Shown here: piece after piece, positions 43,982-53,659 of the stretch | Layout: each line of letters opens with the position of its first letter | How positions within the stretch are numbered: the first letter of the stretch is position 1 | Origin: Rebecca billardiae RCC1528 | Taxonomy: Eukaryota > Protista > Haptophyta | NCBI GenBank assembly: GCA_965240325.2 | Contig: OZ251223.1 | Location: 1,426,001-1,490,000, forward strand | Direction: 5' to 3' | Length of the DNA: 64,000 nucleotides | Made by a program: the position numbers and the translations under genes | The notes under the pieces: model-generated | Database searches by the model: none | Told to the model about the DNA's origin: nothing | The model's input: only the letters and a program-made list of their open reading frames with translations

Positions 43982-46898
43982 TCACTCGAGCAGCGCGGCG
44001 TGGATGTGCCGCGCGACCGCCTCCGGGTCGTCCCAGTGCGGCAGGCAGCCGACGGCCGGAATCTCGACCAGCTCGCACGAGCCGGGCGGGAGCCGCGCCT
44101 GCAGCAGCTCGGCGTCCACCTTAGGGTGCAGCCTGTCCTCGGCGCCGAGAAGGATGCGTGTGCGCGCGCGCACGCGGCCGAGCGTGCCCACGTGGTCGTC
44201 CGCCGCCATCGCCTCGAGGCTCGCGCGCCACACCGCCTTGGGCACCTTGAGGCTCTCGCGCAGCACGACGGCGCGGAACCACTCGGGCAGCTCGGCCGGG
44301 CGCGCGACGACGCGCGCCTGCCACACCTGCACAAACTGCTCGTCGATCGAAAGCAGCGGGTCTCGGAAGAGAGGGCTGGGGTCGTCGGGGCGCGGCGCGG
44401 GCGGGCACCGCCGAGCGTGAGAGCGCGCGCGCGGGGGAGGAAGGTCGTGTCGCGCCGGGCGCGGGGGCGGGGAGCTGCGCCCCCCCCCCCCCGCGCTCTG
44501 CGCGCGGCATGTGGCACGCGGCCGGCCGGGGCGGGGGCGGGTCGCGTGCTCACACGGCGGCGCGGCGCGGCGCGCGCGCACATGAGCTTCTGCGCGACGT
44601 GGTTCTTCTTGCCGACCGGCGCGCACGCCATGAGGAAGAGCCACTCCACACTGAGCTCGCTCTCCTCCGCGCCCGCGGCCGCGGCGAGCGCGCGCGCCAC
44701 CAGCGCGCCCAACGAATGGCCGACAACGCTCACACTGGTCACGCCCAGCCGCGCCAGAAGTGCGCGCACGTCCGCAGCGAGCGCTGCCGCCGAGTAGAGC
44801 TTCTCGAGGGCGGCGGACTGCGCGCGGAGGGGGGGTGTGCGCGCGGCGGGCGCGGCACGCGGGGCGGGCGGGGGCGCGACGCGCGGGGCAGGGCGCGGGG
44901 CAGGCGCAGCCGAGCCGCGGTCGGTCGAGCGCACGCGCGGCGGGCATGCGCGCTCGGCGCGGCGCGCGCCCGCGCTGCGAGCGCCGCGCGCGCCGCGCGC
45001 GCCGCCCGAAGCGACCGCGCGCGCGCGCGCACGTTGGCAGCGGCCGTGCCGACGCGCTCGGCCGAGTTGTTCGCCGCCGCGGTGCCTGGGTTGAGCCACG
45101 AGTCGCCGAAGCCGCGCAGCGAGACGCTGAGCACGCGCAGCCGAGGGTCGAGGTGAGAGCCGAGCAGCCGCCAGCCGTGGAGCGAGTCAGGCCAGCCGTG
45201 CAGGAGCAGCAGCACGCGGCCGTCGCGCGCGCCCGCGTCGGTGTAGTGCAGCGACGCGCCGTCCGCGAGCGAGAACCGCCCCTCCGCGCCGCGCAGCACC
45301 GGCTCGTCCAGCTCGGCGACCGCTCGGTGGATCGCGTCCCAAAACGCTTGCTCGTAGCCCTGCAGCATGCGCGCCGCGCGCTCAATCTCTGCGCGCGGCA
45401 CGCCGCGCGCGAGCCCCGCCGCGACGAGCGCCACCAGCCGCGCCTCGAACTCCGCGAGCGCCGCCTCGTCCGCGCACGCGTCCAGGAACGCCGTGTGCTC
45501 GGCGCCGAGGCCGAAGTCGCGGCGCAGCGCCGAGGCGAGCGCCGCACACACTGAACCGAACGGGCGCGCGGCGAGCGCGAGCGCGCCCGCGGCCACCGCG
45601 GCGTCCGCGTCCGTCGCCAGGCTCGAGATGTACGCGGCGCGCGCGTGCGCGGCCAGCATGGGCTCGTCTGTGTGCAGCGCAGCACGGCGCGGCGCGGCGC
45701 GGCGCGTGTGTGCGCAGCGGCAAGGGGAGGGAGGGAGAGCGGGGGGGGGGGCGCACACAAATGCAGCGGGGGTTGGCATGGGGTAGGTAGGCGCGTGGGG
45801 TAGGTAGGCGCATGGGGTAGGTAGGCGCGTGGGCGGCGCCTGGGGAGCCTTCCGCCCGCGCGCAGCACGCCCGCACCGCCCCCGCGCGCGCGCCCGCCCG
45901 CGCGCGACACCCACACACACACACACCCGCGCGCGCGCACAGTTCTCGAGCTGCGCCTTCTCGAGGCCGAGCGCGTGAGCGAGCGCCTCGAGCTGCTCGA
46001 GAGCGGCCGCGCGCCGGCCGGCCGCGCCCGCGCCCCACCACCACCCCGAGCCGAGCGGGGGCGCGCTGCGCGAGGCGCGCTGCGCGCGCTGCGGCGCGAT
46101 CGAGCCGCCGAGCACGCCGCCCAGCGCCACCGACTCCAGCCGCGCGGTCCGGTGCTGCTCGAGCACGAAAGTCCGGAAGGAGTCGAGGTGCAGGCGGCCC
46201 GCCGCGGCCGCGGCCGTGATCGGGTGCGAGCGGATCGCTGCCTCCGCGGCGCGCGCGGAGGGGTCCGCGCGGATCTCTTCGAGGAGCGCGCGCGCCGAGG
46301 CGAGCGCCGCGGCCGACGGCGCGCCCACGCGCAGCTCGCCCGACAGGCAGAGCAGCACGCCCGCGCCCACCAGCCACATGGCGCCCAGCGTCAGCACGGC
46401 CATGAGCGCCCAGTACGCAGGCGCGCGCGCGAGGATGATCGCGCCGCACCGGTCGCGCTTGCGCGCGCCGCGGCCGGCCGCGAACGGCGCCGCGATGCAC
46501 CGGTCGCACCGCTCGCCGAGGCAGAGCCGACCGTTCTGCAGCGTGAGCGCGCGCTCGGCCGCGCGCGCGCACTCGTCGAGGGCAAGCCCGCCGCCAAACG
46601 TGCGCACGAGGCACTTGGAGCCGCAGCGCACGCCCGTCTTGTCCACGCGCCAGTGAGACGCCGGGCCGCACTCGCCGAACACCAGGTTGTGGTTCAGGCA
46701 GAGCTGCGTGTCGTTGAGCACGAGCCTGTCGCCCGCCTCCGGCAGCACGCGCGAAAGCACGCTCGATGCCAGCTCCCGAGCCGAGGCCAGCGCGCTGGGC
46801 GGCGGCGGTGCCGCAGCCGGCGCGGCGGCCGAGGCCCCGCGGGCGCCAAGCCCGAGGGCGAAGCACGCGAGCGCGCACGAGGCGGCGAGCGAGGGCAT
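43982..46898 (-). CDS. Multidomain single-pass protein: signal peptide, Cys-rich ricin-B-like domain, TM, TenA/THI-4-like domain, alpha/beta-hydrolase; introns 45668-45940, 44818-45032, 44376-44581
   Basis: IRSHPI..G.L..FRTFVLEQ and ERAARMLQGYEQAFWDAI (TenA); LLLLHGWPDS, SLRGFGDS, VVGHSLG, LLGAEDRL (hydrolase); the three GT-AG junctions give one continuous frame. Confidence 0.8.
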
Positions 46899-47100
46899 TC
46901 GTCGGGGGAGCGCTCTGCCGCGCACGCGAGTTGCGATGGGCGTCGGTCTGCCGCAAGCTCGCCGTGGATCCCGAATTCGCCCGCGCACGTCCCGAGTGGT
47001 GAACAAGTGCGCAGCGGGCCAGCCCAGCCCGGCTGCGGAGCGGCGCTCCGGCAAGCGCCCGGCCAGCTGTCCGGGTGGCCACGCGCGCGCGAGCGTCAGA

Positions 47101-48287
47101 ATGGCGATGTTGCAGCGACTGGCGCGGTCCGCGTGGCCGCGCGCCCGCGCCGCGGGCGTGGCGGCGGGTGTGGGGCTCGCAGCCTACGGCGCGTCACGAT
47201 CGTTGGGTCTACCATCCCTCTGCGAGCCTGCGGGCGGCGCCGACGGCAAGCCCACGCCCGGGGCGGACAGCCCAGGTGGCGCGGCTGGCGCCTCGCAGGA
47301 CGACGGCATGCTTGGCGGCCTGCAGTCCACGCTCGACGAGCTGAAAGCGTCGGCCCACGCGACGTTCGTCGCGCCCTTCACAGAGCCCACGAGCGACAAG
47401 CTCCTGCCCGACCTGCCCGCGCGCATGCGCGGCAAGGAGCTCCCCACGCTCGTGCTCGCGCTCGACGACGTGCTCGTGCACGCGTCGTGGGACCGGCAGT
47501 ACGGCTGGCGCTTCGCGAAGCGGCCGGGTGTGGACGAGTTCCTGCGCACGGTCGCGCCGTACTACGAGGTCGTCGTGTGGACCGAGCAGTTCTACCTGAT
47601 GGAGCCCGTCATCGTCGCGCTCGACAAGCACCGCGCGGTGCGGCACCGGCTGTACAAGGACGGCATGGTGCTGCGCGGTGGCAAGTACGTCAAGGACCTG
47701 CGCCACCTGAACCGCGCGCTGGGGAAGACGGTGGTGCTGGACTGCCGCGCAGAGAACGGCATCCAGCAGCCCGAGAACTACCTCTTCGTCAAGCCGTTCA
47801 CCGGCGAAGACAGCAGCGCGATGCCGAGCGCCGCTCCGGTCGCGGCCGCCGCGGCCAGCGGCGCAGCGGCGCCAGCCACCAGCACGCCTCCGGACTCGGA
47901 CCTGACGCGCTTCATCCCGGTGCTGCTCCACCTTGCGCGGCATGCGTACGTGCAGGGAGGCGATGTCCGGTCCGCGCCCACCCGCGCCGCACACGCGTCC
48001 CGCGCGCCCCGGCGAGGCGCGCCCCTGCGCCAGCTCACGGCCGCACGCCTCTGCGCGCTGCGGGCTGACCGTGCCCTGGCCCCGACGCACGCGCGCTGCC
48101 CTGCAGGGAGGAGATCACGCGGCTGTCAAAGGCGGGGGATGACGTGCCGGCGACGTTTGCTGCGGAGTTCGGTGCCAGGCCGGGCGCGCCGGCGCGGCGA
48201 ATCGCGCGCCAGCAGCAGCAGGCAAACGCGGCTGCACCGCCAACGGGAACCATCTGGGAGCGGCTGCGCTCTTCACGCGGGAGTTAG
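47101..48287 (+). CDS. TIM50: Mitochondrial inner-membrane translocase subunit TIM50; intron 47970-48106
   Basis: FTEPTSDKLLPD, TLVLALDDVLVHASWDRQYGWRFAKRPGVDEFL, YVKDLRHLNR, QPEN; presequence. Confidence 0.92.
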
Positions 48288-48852
48288 GCCCAGGAGGGCC
48301 GGCCCACATCCTGGAGGGCCCGCCGGGACGACGGCCCGCAGTCTCACTCGGCCTTAGACCTGTACTGCATCGCGTGCATTGCGTCATTTCACCAAGGTTG
48401 TCTTGGCCGCTTGGCGGAGAACTGGTCGCACGCCGAGTCAAGCTGAGCTGCCATGAGACCTTCGTCAATCATCGTGTATTAGACTTGACGGGGCGGGAGG
48501 GCCGCTGGCGGCCCTTCTGCAAGCGCCAGCTACGGGCGGGCGGCGTATTTGTCGCCAGGCGCGAGAGGGGCTGCCAGCGGGCCTTGCTACGAGCGCCGCC
48601 AGCGGCGCGCGGGTGCAACTGCAAGCAGTATCGACGATAGGGCTGCTGCCTGCTCCGGCTGGTGCGGACCAAGTTTGTTCCCGGGACGAAACAGCCGCCA
48701 GCGCAGCGCTCCCTTTCTGGTGTAGACCCTTCTGAGGTCGGGTGTGTGGCCCATGCGAGTGACCAGCCGCCGGCGTCCTCGTGTGGCGCCACCTGTGCAG
48801 CACGACCGTGTTGGGTCGCATCATAGCTGCCCCTCGGCTGTGCTCATTGACC

Positions 48853-49749
48853 AAGGGCGCGAAAGGGGGTCGCTCGCTAAGCCCCACCCGCTCCGGCCAG
48901 CATGGCTGCCTGGCCGGCGGCGGCGTGCTCAAGCGAGCCGTAAGCCGGGAATCCACGCGCTGGCGGTGCGGTTTTGGCGGCGCAGGGGGCCTCACAGGTC
49001 GCCTGCAGGTATGCTCAGAGCCTTAGGACAGCTTGGTGGCCCGCAACCCCGGCTCCTTGTCGCTGCTTGCCGACTGCAAGCGATCACGCGTCGACCGTGC
49101 GGTCCCGCGTTGCACGCGGCCCAACGTAGGGTGCTGCACATGCCAGCAGATGGTGAAGGGGGGTCGCCCGCCACGCAGACGTCCTCGGAGAGGACATCGA
49201 CCCCCGTGCGTCGCCTTGATTGGGCGTTGTCCCGCAAGGAGTCGCTGAAGGCCTGCTGCCCAGAGAGACACGGACAATGTGAAGTTCTAGCCCAAAAGAC
49301 GAGATAACATTTTGAAATGCCTATGGTTGTTCGTATGTCATTGCATTAGGAAGCACGCAAGCCTGGGCTGGAGAGGTCGGGATCGAGGCGACGCACGGGG
49401 GTCGATGTCCTCTCCGAGGACGTCTGCGTGGCGGGCGACCCCCCTTCACCATCTGCTGGCATGTGCAGCACCCTACGTTGGGCCGCGTGCACGCGGGATT
49501 GCACGGTCGACGCGTGATCGCTTGCAGTCGGCAAGCAGCGACAAGGAGCCTGGGGTTGCGGGCCACCAAGCTGTCCTAAGGCTCTGAGCATACCTGCAGG
49601 CGACCCGCGAGGCCACCTGCGCCGCCAAAACCGCACCGCCAGCGCGTGGATTCCCGGCTTACGGCTCGCTTGAGCACGCCGCCGCCTGCCAGGCAGCCAT
49701 GCTGGCCGGAGCGGGTGGGGCTTAGCGAGCGACCCCCTTTCGCGCCCTT
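48853..49749. repeat. Long inverted repeat / foldback element (arms ~48853-49220 and ~49382-49749, spacer ~160 bp)
   Basis: Near-identical peptides on opposite strands in the ORF track; arms are reverse-complementary with scattered substitutions. Confidence 0.92.
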
Positions 49750-49805
49750 CGGCTTGGTCCCGATGCTGGCTAACCTGACTACGCGCATGCTGCAGATAGA
49801 AAATC

Positions 49806-52259
49806 ATGACGATGGCGGCTCGCGGCGGCACGCGGGCGTCGCCCTGGCTCGTGGTCGCCTGTGGAGCGCTGCTGCACGCTCAGGAGCAGCTGCCCGGCCG
49901 CGCACGCGATCCACGCACCGTGCAGACGCGCATGCCCTGGTGCGGCCGCGCGACTCCAGACGCGACGGTGCATGCGCCGCGCTACTGCGACGCATCGCTG
50001 GGCGACGCGGAGCGACTTGACGACCTTCTTTCTCGCATGAGCGTCGACGAGAAGATTGACCTGATCGGCCACGATGCGACGGCGGGCGGACCGCACGTGC
50101 CGCCGTACATCTGGTGGAACGAGGGCTTGCACGGTGTCGCGCGCTCAAAGGGTGTGCGCTTCGCGGGCAACCTGAGCGTGGCGACGTCCTTCGCGCAGGT
50201 GATCCACCAGGTGGCCTCTCTGAACCGGACGCTCTGGCGCGCGATCGGCGACGCGACCTCCGTCGAGCTGCGCGCATTCATCAACGCGGGACAGGCGGGG
50301 CCCACCGTGTGGACGCCGAACGTCAACCTGTTCCGCGACCCGCGCTGGGGGCGTGGCCAAGAGACGGCGGGCGAGGACCCGACAGTGGTGGCGACGTACG
50401 CCTTCGAAATGGTGCGTGGGCTGCAGGCGGCCAGCGGCGGCCGCCTCCGCGCCGCCGCGTGCTGCAAGCACTTCTCGGCAGCCGACATCGAGGGCGGCGG
50501 CAAGGTGCCCAACCGGCACTCGCTCAACATTAGCGTGTCACAGCGCGACCTGTCCGACAGCTACAACGTGCCCTTCGAGGCCTGCGTGCGCGCGGCGCGC
50601 GTGGCCGGCGTGATGTGTGGCTACAGCGCGCTGAACGGCGTGCCCGCGTGCGCGCACGCACCGCTGCTCAATGCGACGCTGCGCCAGCGATGGGGATTTG
50701 ACGGCTACGTGGTCGCAGACTGTGGCGCGGTGCGCGACGTGTACAAGCACCACGCTTACGCGGCAGACGCGGCAGGGGCGGTTGCGGCGACGCTGGCGGC
50801 CGGGTGCGACCTCGAGTGCGGCGGGGGCGACTACCTGCGCGAGCTGCCCGGCCTCCTTACCGAGCGGCGCGTGAGTGGCGCGCAGCTCAACAGCGCGGTG
50901 CGGCGCGCACTCGGCACGCTCATGCGCGCGGGCGCGTTTGATGCGCGGCCCCCTCCCGGCTCGGTGCTGAGAGAGTGGGCGCGGCTGGGGCCAGCCGACG
51001 TGGACTCGGCTGCGCACCGGGCGCTGGCCTTCGAGTCTGCGGTGCAGGGCTTTGTGCTGCTCGAGAATGCCAACCGCACGCTGCCGCTGGAGGACACGCT
51101 ATGGCCTACGCCCGCGCCCGAGCCCGCCGCGCCGCCGACGGGCCGCTCGCTCAAGCGCCGGACCAGATGCAGCGCACCGCCGGGCAAGCGCACGCTCGCG
51201 CTTGTGGGCGAGCTGTCGGCGAAGCCGCGCTTCCTATACGGCTCGTACGGCGGGAAGCCGCCCCACGCGCGCACCGTGCTCAAGGCCTTCCAGGAGGGCC
51301 CGTTCAGCCCTCGGCACTGGCACGTGTGCCTGGCGCAAGGGGGGCCGCTCCAGCGCCCGCCCAAGGAGAGGCAGATTGCAGACGTGACGCTTGCCGTGAG
51401 CCAAGCGGACGCGGCCGTGGCCGTGCTCGGCTGTCACCTGGACGATGAACGCGAGACGCGCGACCGCAAGACGCTCGCGCTGACCGAGCAGCAGGAGGCG
51501 CTCGCCGTCGCTGTCGCCGACGCAGCACGCGGGCCGGTCATCCTCGCCATCATGTGTGGTGGCCCGGTGGATGTGGGCGCGCGCGTGCGTGCGAGCAGGC
51601 CTGCTGCGGTGCTGTGGGGCGCGTACCCGGGGCAGGCGGGTGGCGAGGCGCTCGCGGCGCTCGTGTGGGGCGCGCGCCACCCTGCCGCGTGCCTGCCCAT
51701 CACGTGGTACCCGAACGAGTACATCAAGGGCGTCTCGCGTGCCGACATGCGCATGCGCGCCGCACCGGCCGCGGCTGCGGGAGGGCGCGCGTTTGCGGGC
51801 CGCACGCACCGCTTCTACGCCGGTCCGACGATCTACCCGTTTGGGCACGGGCTGACGTACGAGCCGATGAGCGTGGTGGGGCTTGTGCTGGATGGCGTCG
51901 CGCAAGTGCGCGTGGAGGCGATCGACGCGGCGCTCGCTGACAGCGCGCCGCACTTCCTGCTTGCACCCCCGCTCGTGCACGTGAGCGTGCGAGTGGCCAA
52001 CGAGGGCGTGCACGACGCGCCGTTTGTAGTGCTGCTGTTGGCTTCGCCGCCGCAGGCGGCGCCCGCAAGCGCACCTGCTGCCGAGGTGGCCGGCTTTGAG
52101 CGCGTCCTCGTGCCCGCGGGCGGAAGTGCGAACGTGAAGCTGCCCATCTCGGCGCACCATCTCTCGCTTGCTGACCAGAGCGGCGTCCGCCGCGCGCTGC
52201 CAGGCGTGTGGACGCTGCGTGCGGGGAAGCTCAGCGCCGCGCTGCACGTCACATCCTGA
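49806..52259 (+). CDS. GH3 beta-xylosidase/alpha-L-arabinofuranosidase, secreted
   Basis: WWNEGLHGV, WTPNVNLFRDPRWGRGQET.GEDP, CCKHF, GYVVADCGAV (nucleophile Asp), YPGQAGG, YPFGHGLTY, Fn3-like tail. Confidence 0.94.
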   Translation: MTMAARGGTRASPWLVVACGALLHAQEQLPGRARDPRTVQTRMPWCGRATPDATVHAPRYCDASLGDAERLDDLLSRMSVDEKIDLIGHDATAGGPHVPPYIWWNEGLHGVARSKGVRFAGNLSVATSFAQVIHQVASLNRTLWRAIGDATSVELRAFINAGQAGPTVWTPNVNLFRDPRWGRGQETAGEDPTVVATYAFEMVRGLQAASGGRLRAAACCKHFSAADIEGGGKVPNRHSLNISVSQRDLSDSYNVPFEACVRAARVAGVMCGYSALNGVPACAHAPLLNATLRQRWGFDGYVVADCGAVRDVYKHHAYAADAAGAVAATLAAGCDLECGGGDYLRELPGLLTERRVSGAQLNSAVRRALGTLMRAGAFDARPPPGSVLREWARLGPADVDSAAHRALAFESAVQGFVLLENANRTLPLEDTLWPTPAPEPAAPPTGRSLKRRTRCSAPPGKRTLALVGELSAKPRFLYGSYGGKPPHARTVLKAFQEGPFSPRHWHVCLAQGGPLQRPPKERQIADVTLAVSQADAAVAVLGCHLDDERETRDRKTLALTEQQEALAVAVADAARGPVILAIMCGGPVDVGARVRASRPAAVLWGAYPGQAGGEALAALVWGARHPAACLPITWYPNEYIKGVSRADMRMRAAPAAAAGGRAFAGRTHRFYAGPTIYPFGHGLTYEPMSVVGLVLDGVAQVRVEAIDAALADSAPHFLLAPPLVHVSVRVANEGVHDAPFVVLLLASPPQAAPASAPAAEVAGFERVLVPAGGSANVKLPISAHHLSLADQSGVRRALPGVWTLRAGKLSAALHVTS

Positions 52260-52782
52260 CATCCTCGGCAACGTCTCACTCTCAGGCACCCCATGGTGAT
52301 TAGCCCCCTGATGAGGGCGTATGCCCGCTCAGAATCCCACCTCAGCACCTACGGTCGCCCACACCTGGTACGACCAGCCCGCGCGGTCTGATATATAGCG
52401 TTTCAGCCCTCACTGGCCTCAGTGCACTCAGTGCAGCCCACCGCCTGGCCACCTGTCACCCACACAGGGCCACGCCCACAGGCCACACCCCCGGTCTGTA
52501 AGTGCATATGATTCAGCATAACCCACCCGCTCGCGGTGATGAGTGACACCACGTGGGGAGGGGGGGGGGGTCCGCCGGGTGGCGATCTTGGCGCCGCGCT
52601 CACCGGACTCAGCTGAACGCCGCCGCCGCCACCACCTCACTCGCGCCTACGGCCGCCAGGGCGAGGCCGCGCGATGTCCAGTAGAGCTTCCGATGGGACG
52701 CAGCGGGGCGGTGCAGTACTGTAGCGATTTACATGCCACCTGACGAGCTAATGCCGAGCATCGTTGGGAAGGTCAGCCAGCG

Positions 52783-53298
52783 TCAGCATCCAAACAAGCC
52801 GCACCCACCACAGAGCAACATGTGGATGCTGCTTATGATACAGCACGCAACCGAGAGCGCGATGATGATGCCAACGATGAGCCTGATTTGTGACTTGTCG
52901 AAGTCGCCGAAGCCGAAGGGCGTGTCGACCTTGTCGCCGCCCGTCTCTTTGGTGCCGAAGAAGTCGCAGCCCGTATCGCAGGGCTCGGTGCGCACCCCAG
53001 TGCCGTCTTCGCCCGAGTGCACGAAGCACCATGGCTTCATCTCCATGTCTTTCGGGTTCCTGCAGTAGTTGTGCGGGCCCACGTCCCCGTAGCCCCTCTC
53101 GCGCACTTCTAGCGAGTTCCAGTTCAAGCACTGCTTGCCCGAGAACGATATGGACACAGTCCCGCTGTACCTATGGTCGCACATCTCTACCGCAGACGCA
53201 GCGCCGGCGAGGAGGGCGACGAGGGCGATAGGTACAGCGGCGCGTTGAGGCGCAGCTCGGCCGCCCAGAAACCCATGAGGCCGTTCCCCTGCCGCCAT
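52783..53298 (-). CDS. Small kringle-domain single-pass membrane protein
   Basis: Signal-like PIALVALLAGAASA; C..YSGTVS.S.SGKQCLNW...HNYCRNP...PWCF...EPC kringle; TM helix; Cys-rich tail. Confidence 0.88.
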   Translation of the reverse strand: MAAGERPHGFLGGRAAPQRAAVPIALVALLAGAASAVEMCDHRYSGTVSISFSGKQCLNWNSLEVRERGYGDVGPHNYCRNPKDMEMKPWCFVHSGEDGTGVRTEPCDTGCDFFGTKETGGDKVDTPFGFGDFDKSQIRLIVGIIIALSVACCIISSIHMLLCGGCGLFGC

Positions 53299-53659
53299 GC
53301 TGACGCACAACACACTTTTACCTGATGCTCCCCCCCCGACTCCTCTACCGTATTGGCAAATACGACAATGTCCGCGCGCGCGATCTCGATTCTTTGTATG
53401 TGGCGTGGGGATTACTTTCATACAAACCGGCCTCCTAGGACAACCTACAAGAATGTGTGGAGAAGTACTCGCTCGCATATGCCATTCGTACTTTCCTATG
53501 CCGTGCTGAACGCCTTGCCGTTTCGATAACCGACCAAAAGCGTCGTCGGTATGCCGCCGACGCCGTTCGAAGCGTGCATGTGGCCACGCCTCCGAGTTTT
53601 TGCAGACAACGAGACGTGTGGCCCTTGCCGCCCTGGCCGGCGCAACGGCGGTGGCCGCG

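Noticed and set aside
1-52259. Carbohydrate gene cluster (GH5, GalT-like, G6PD, GH3)
   Set aside because: The genes are spread over 50 kb among unrelated housekeeping genes
52308-52340. CTGATGA-GGGC-GTAT-GCCC resembling a hammerhead ribozyme core with stem II
   Set aside because: No GAAA follows stem II, and stems I and III cannot be formed
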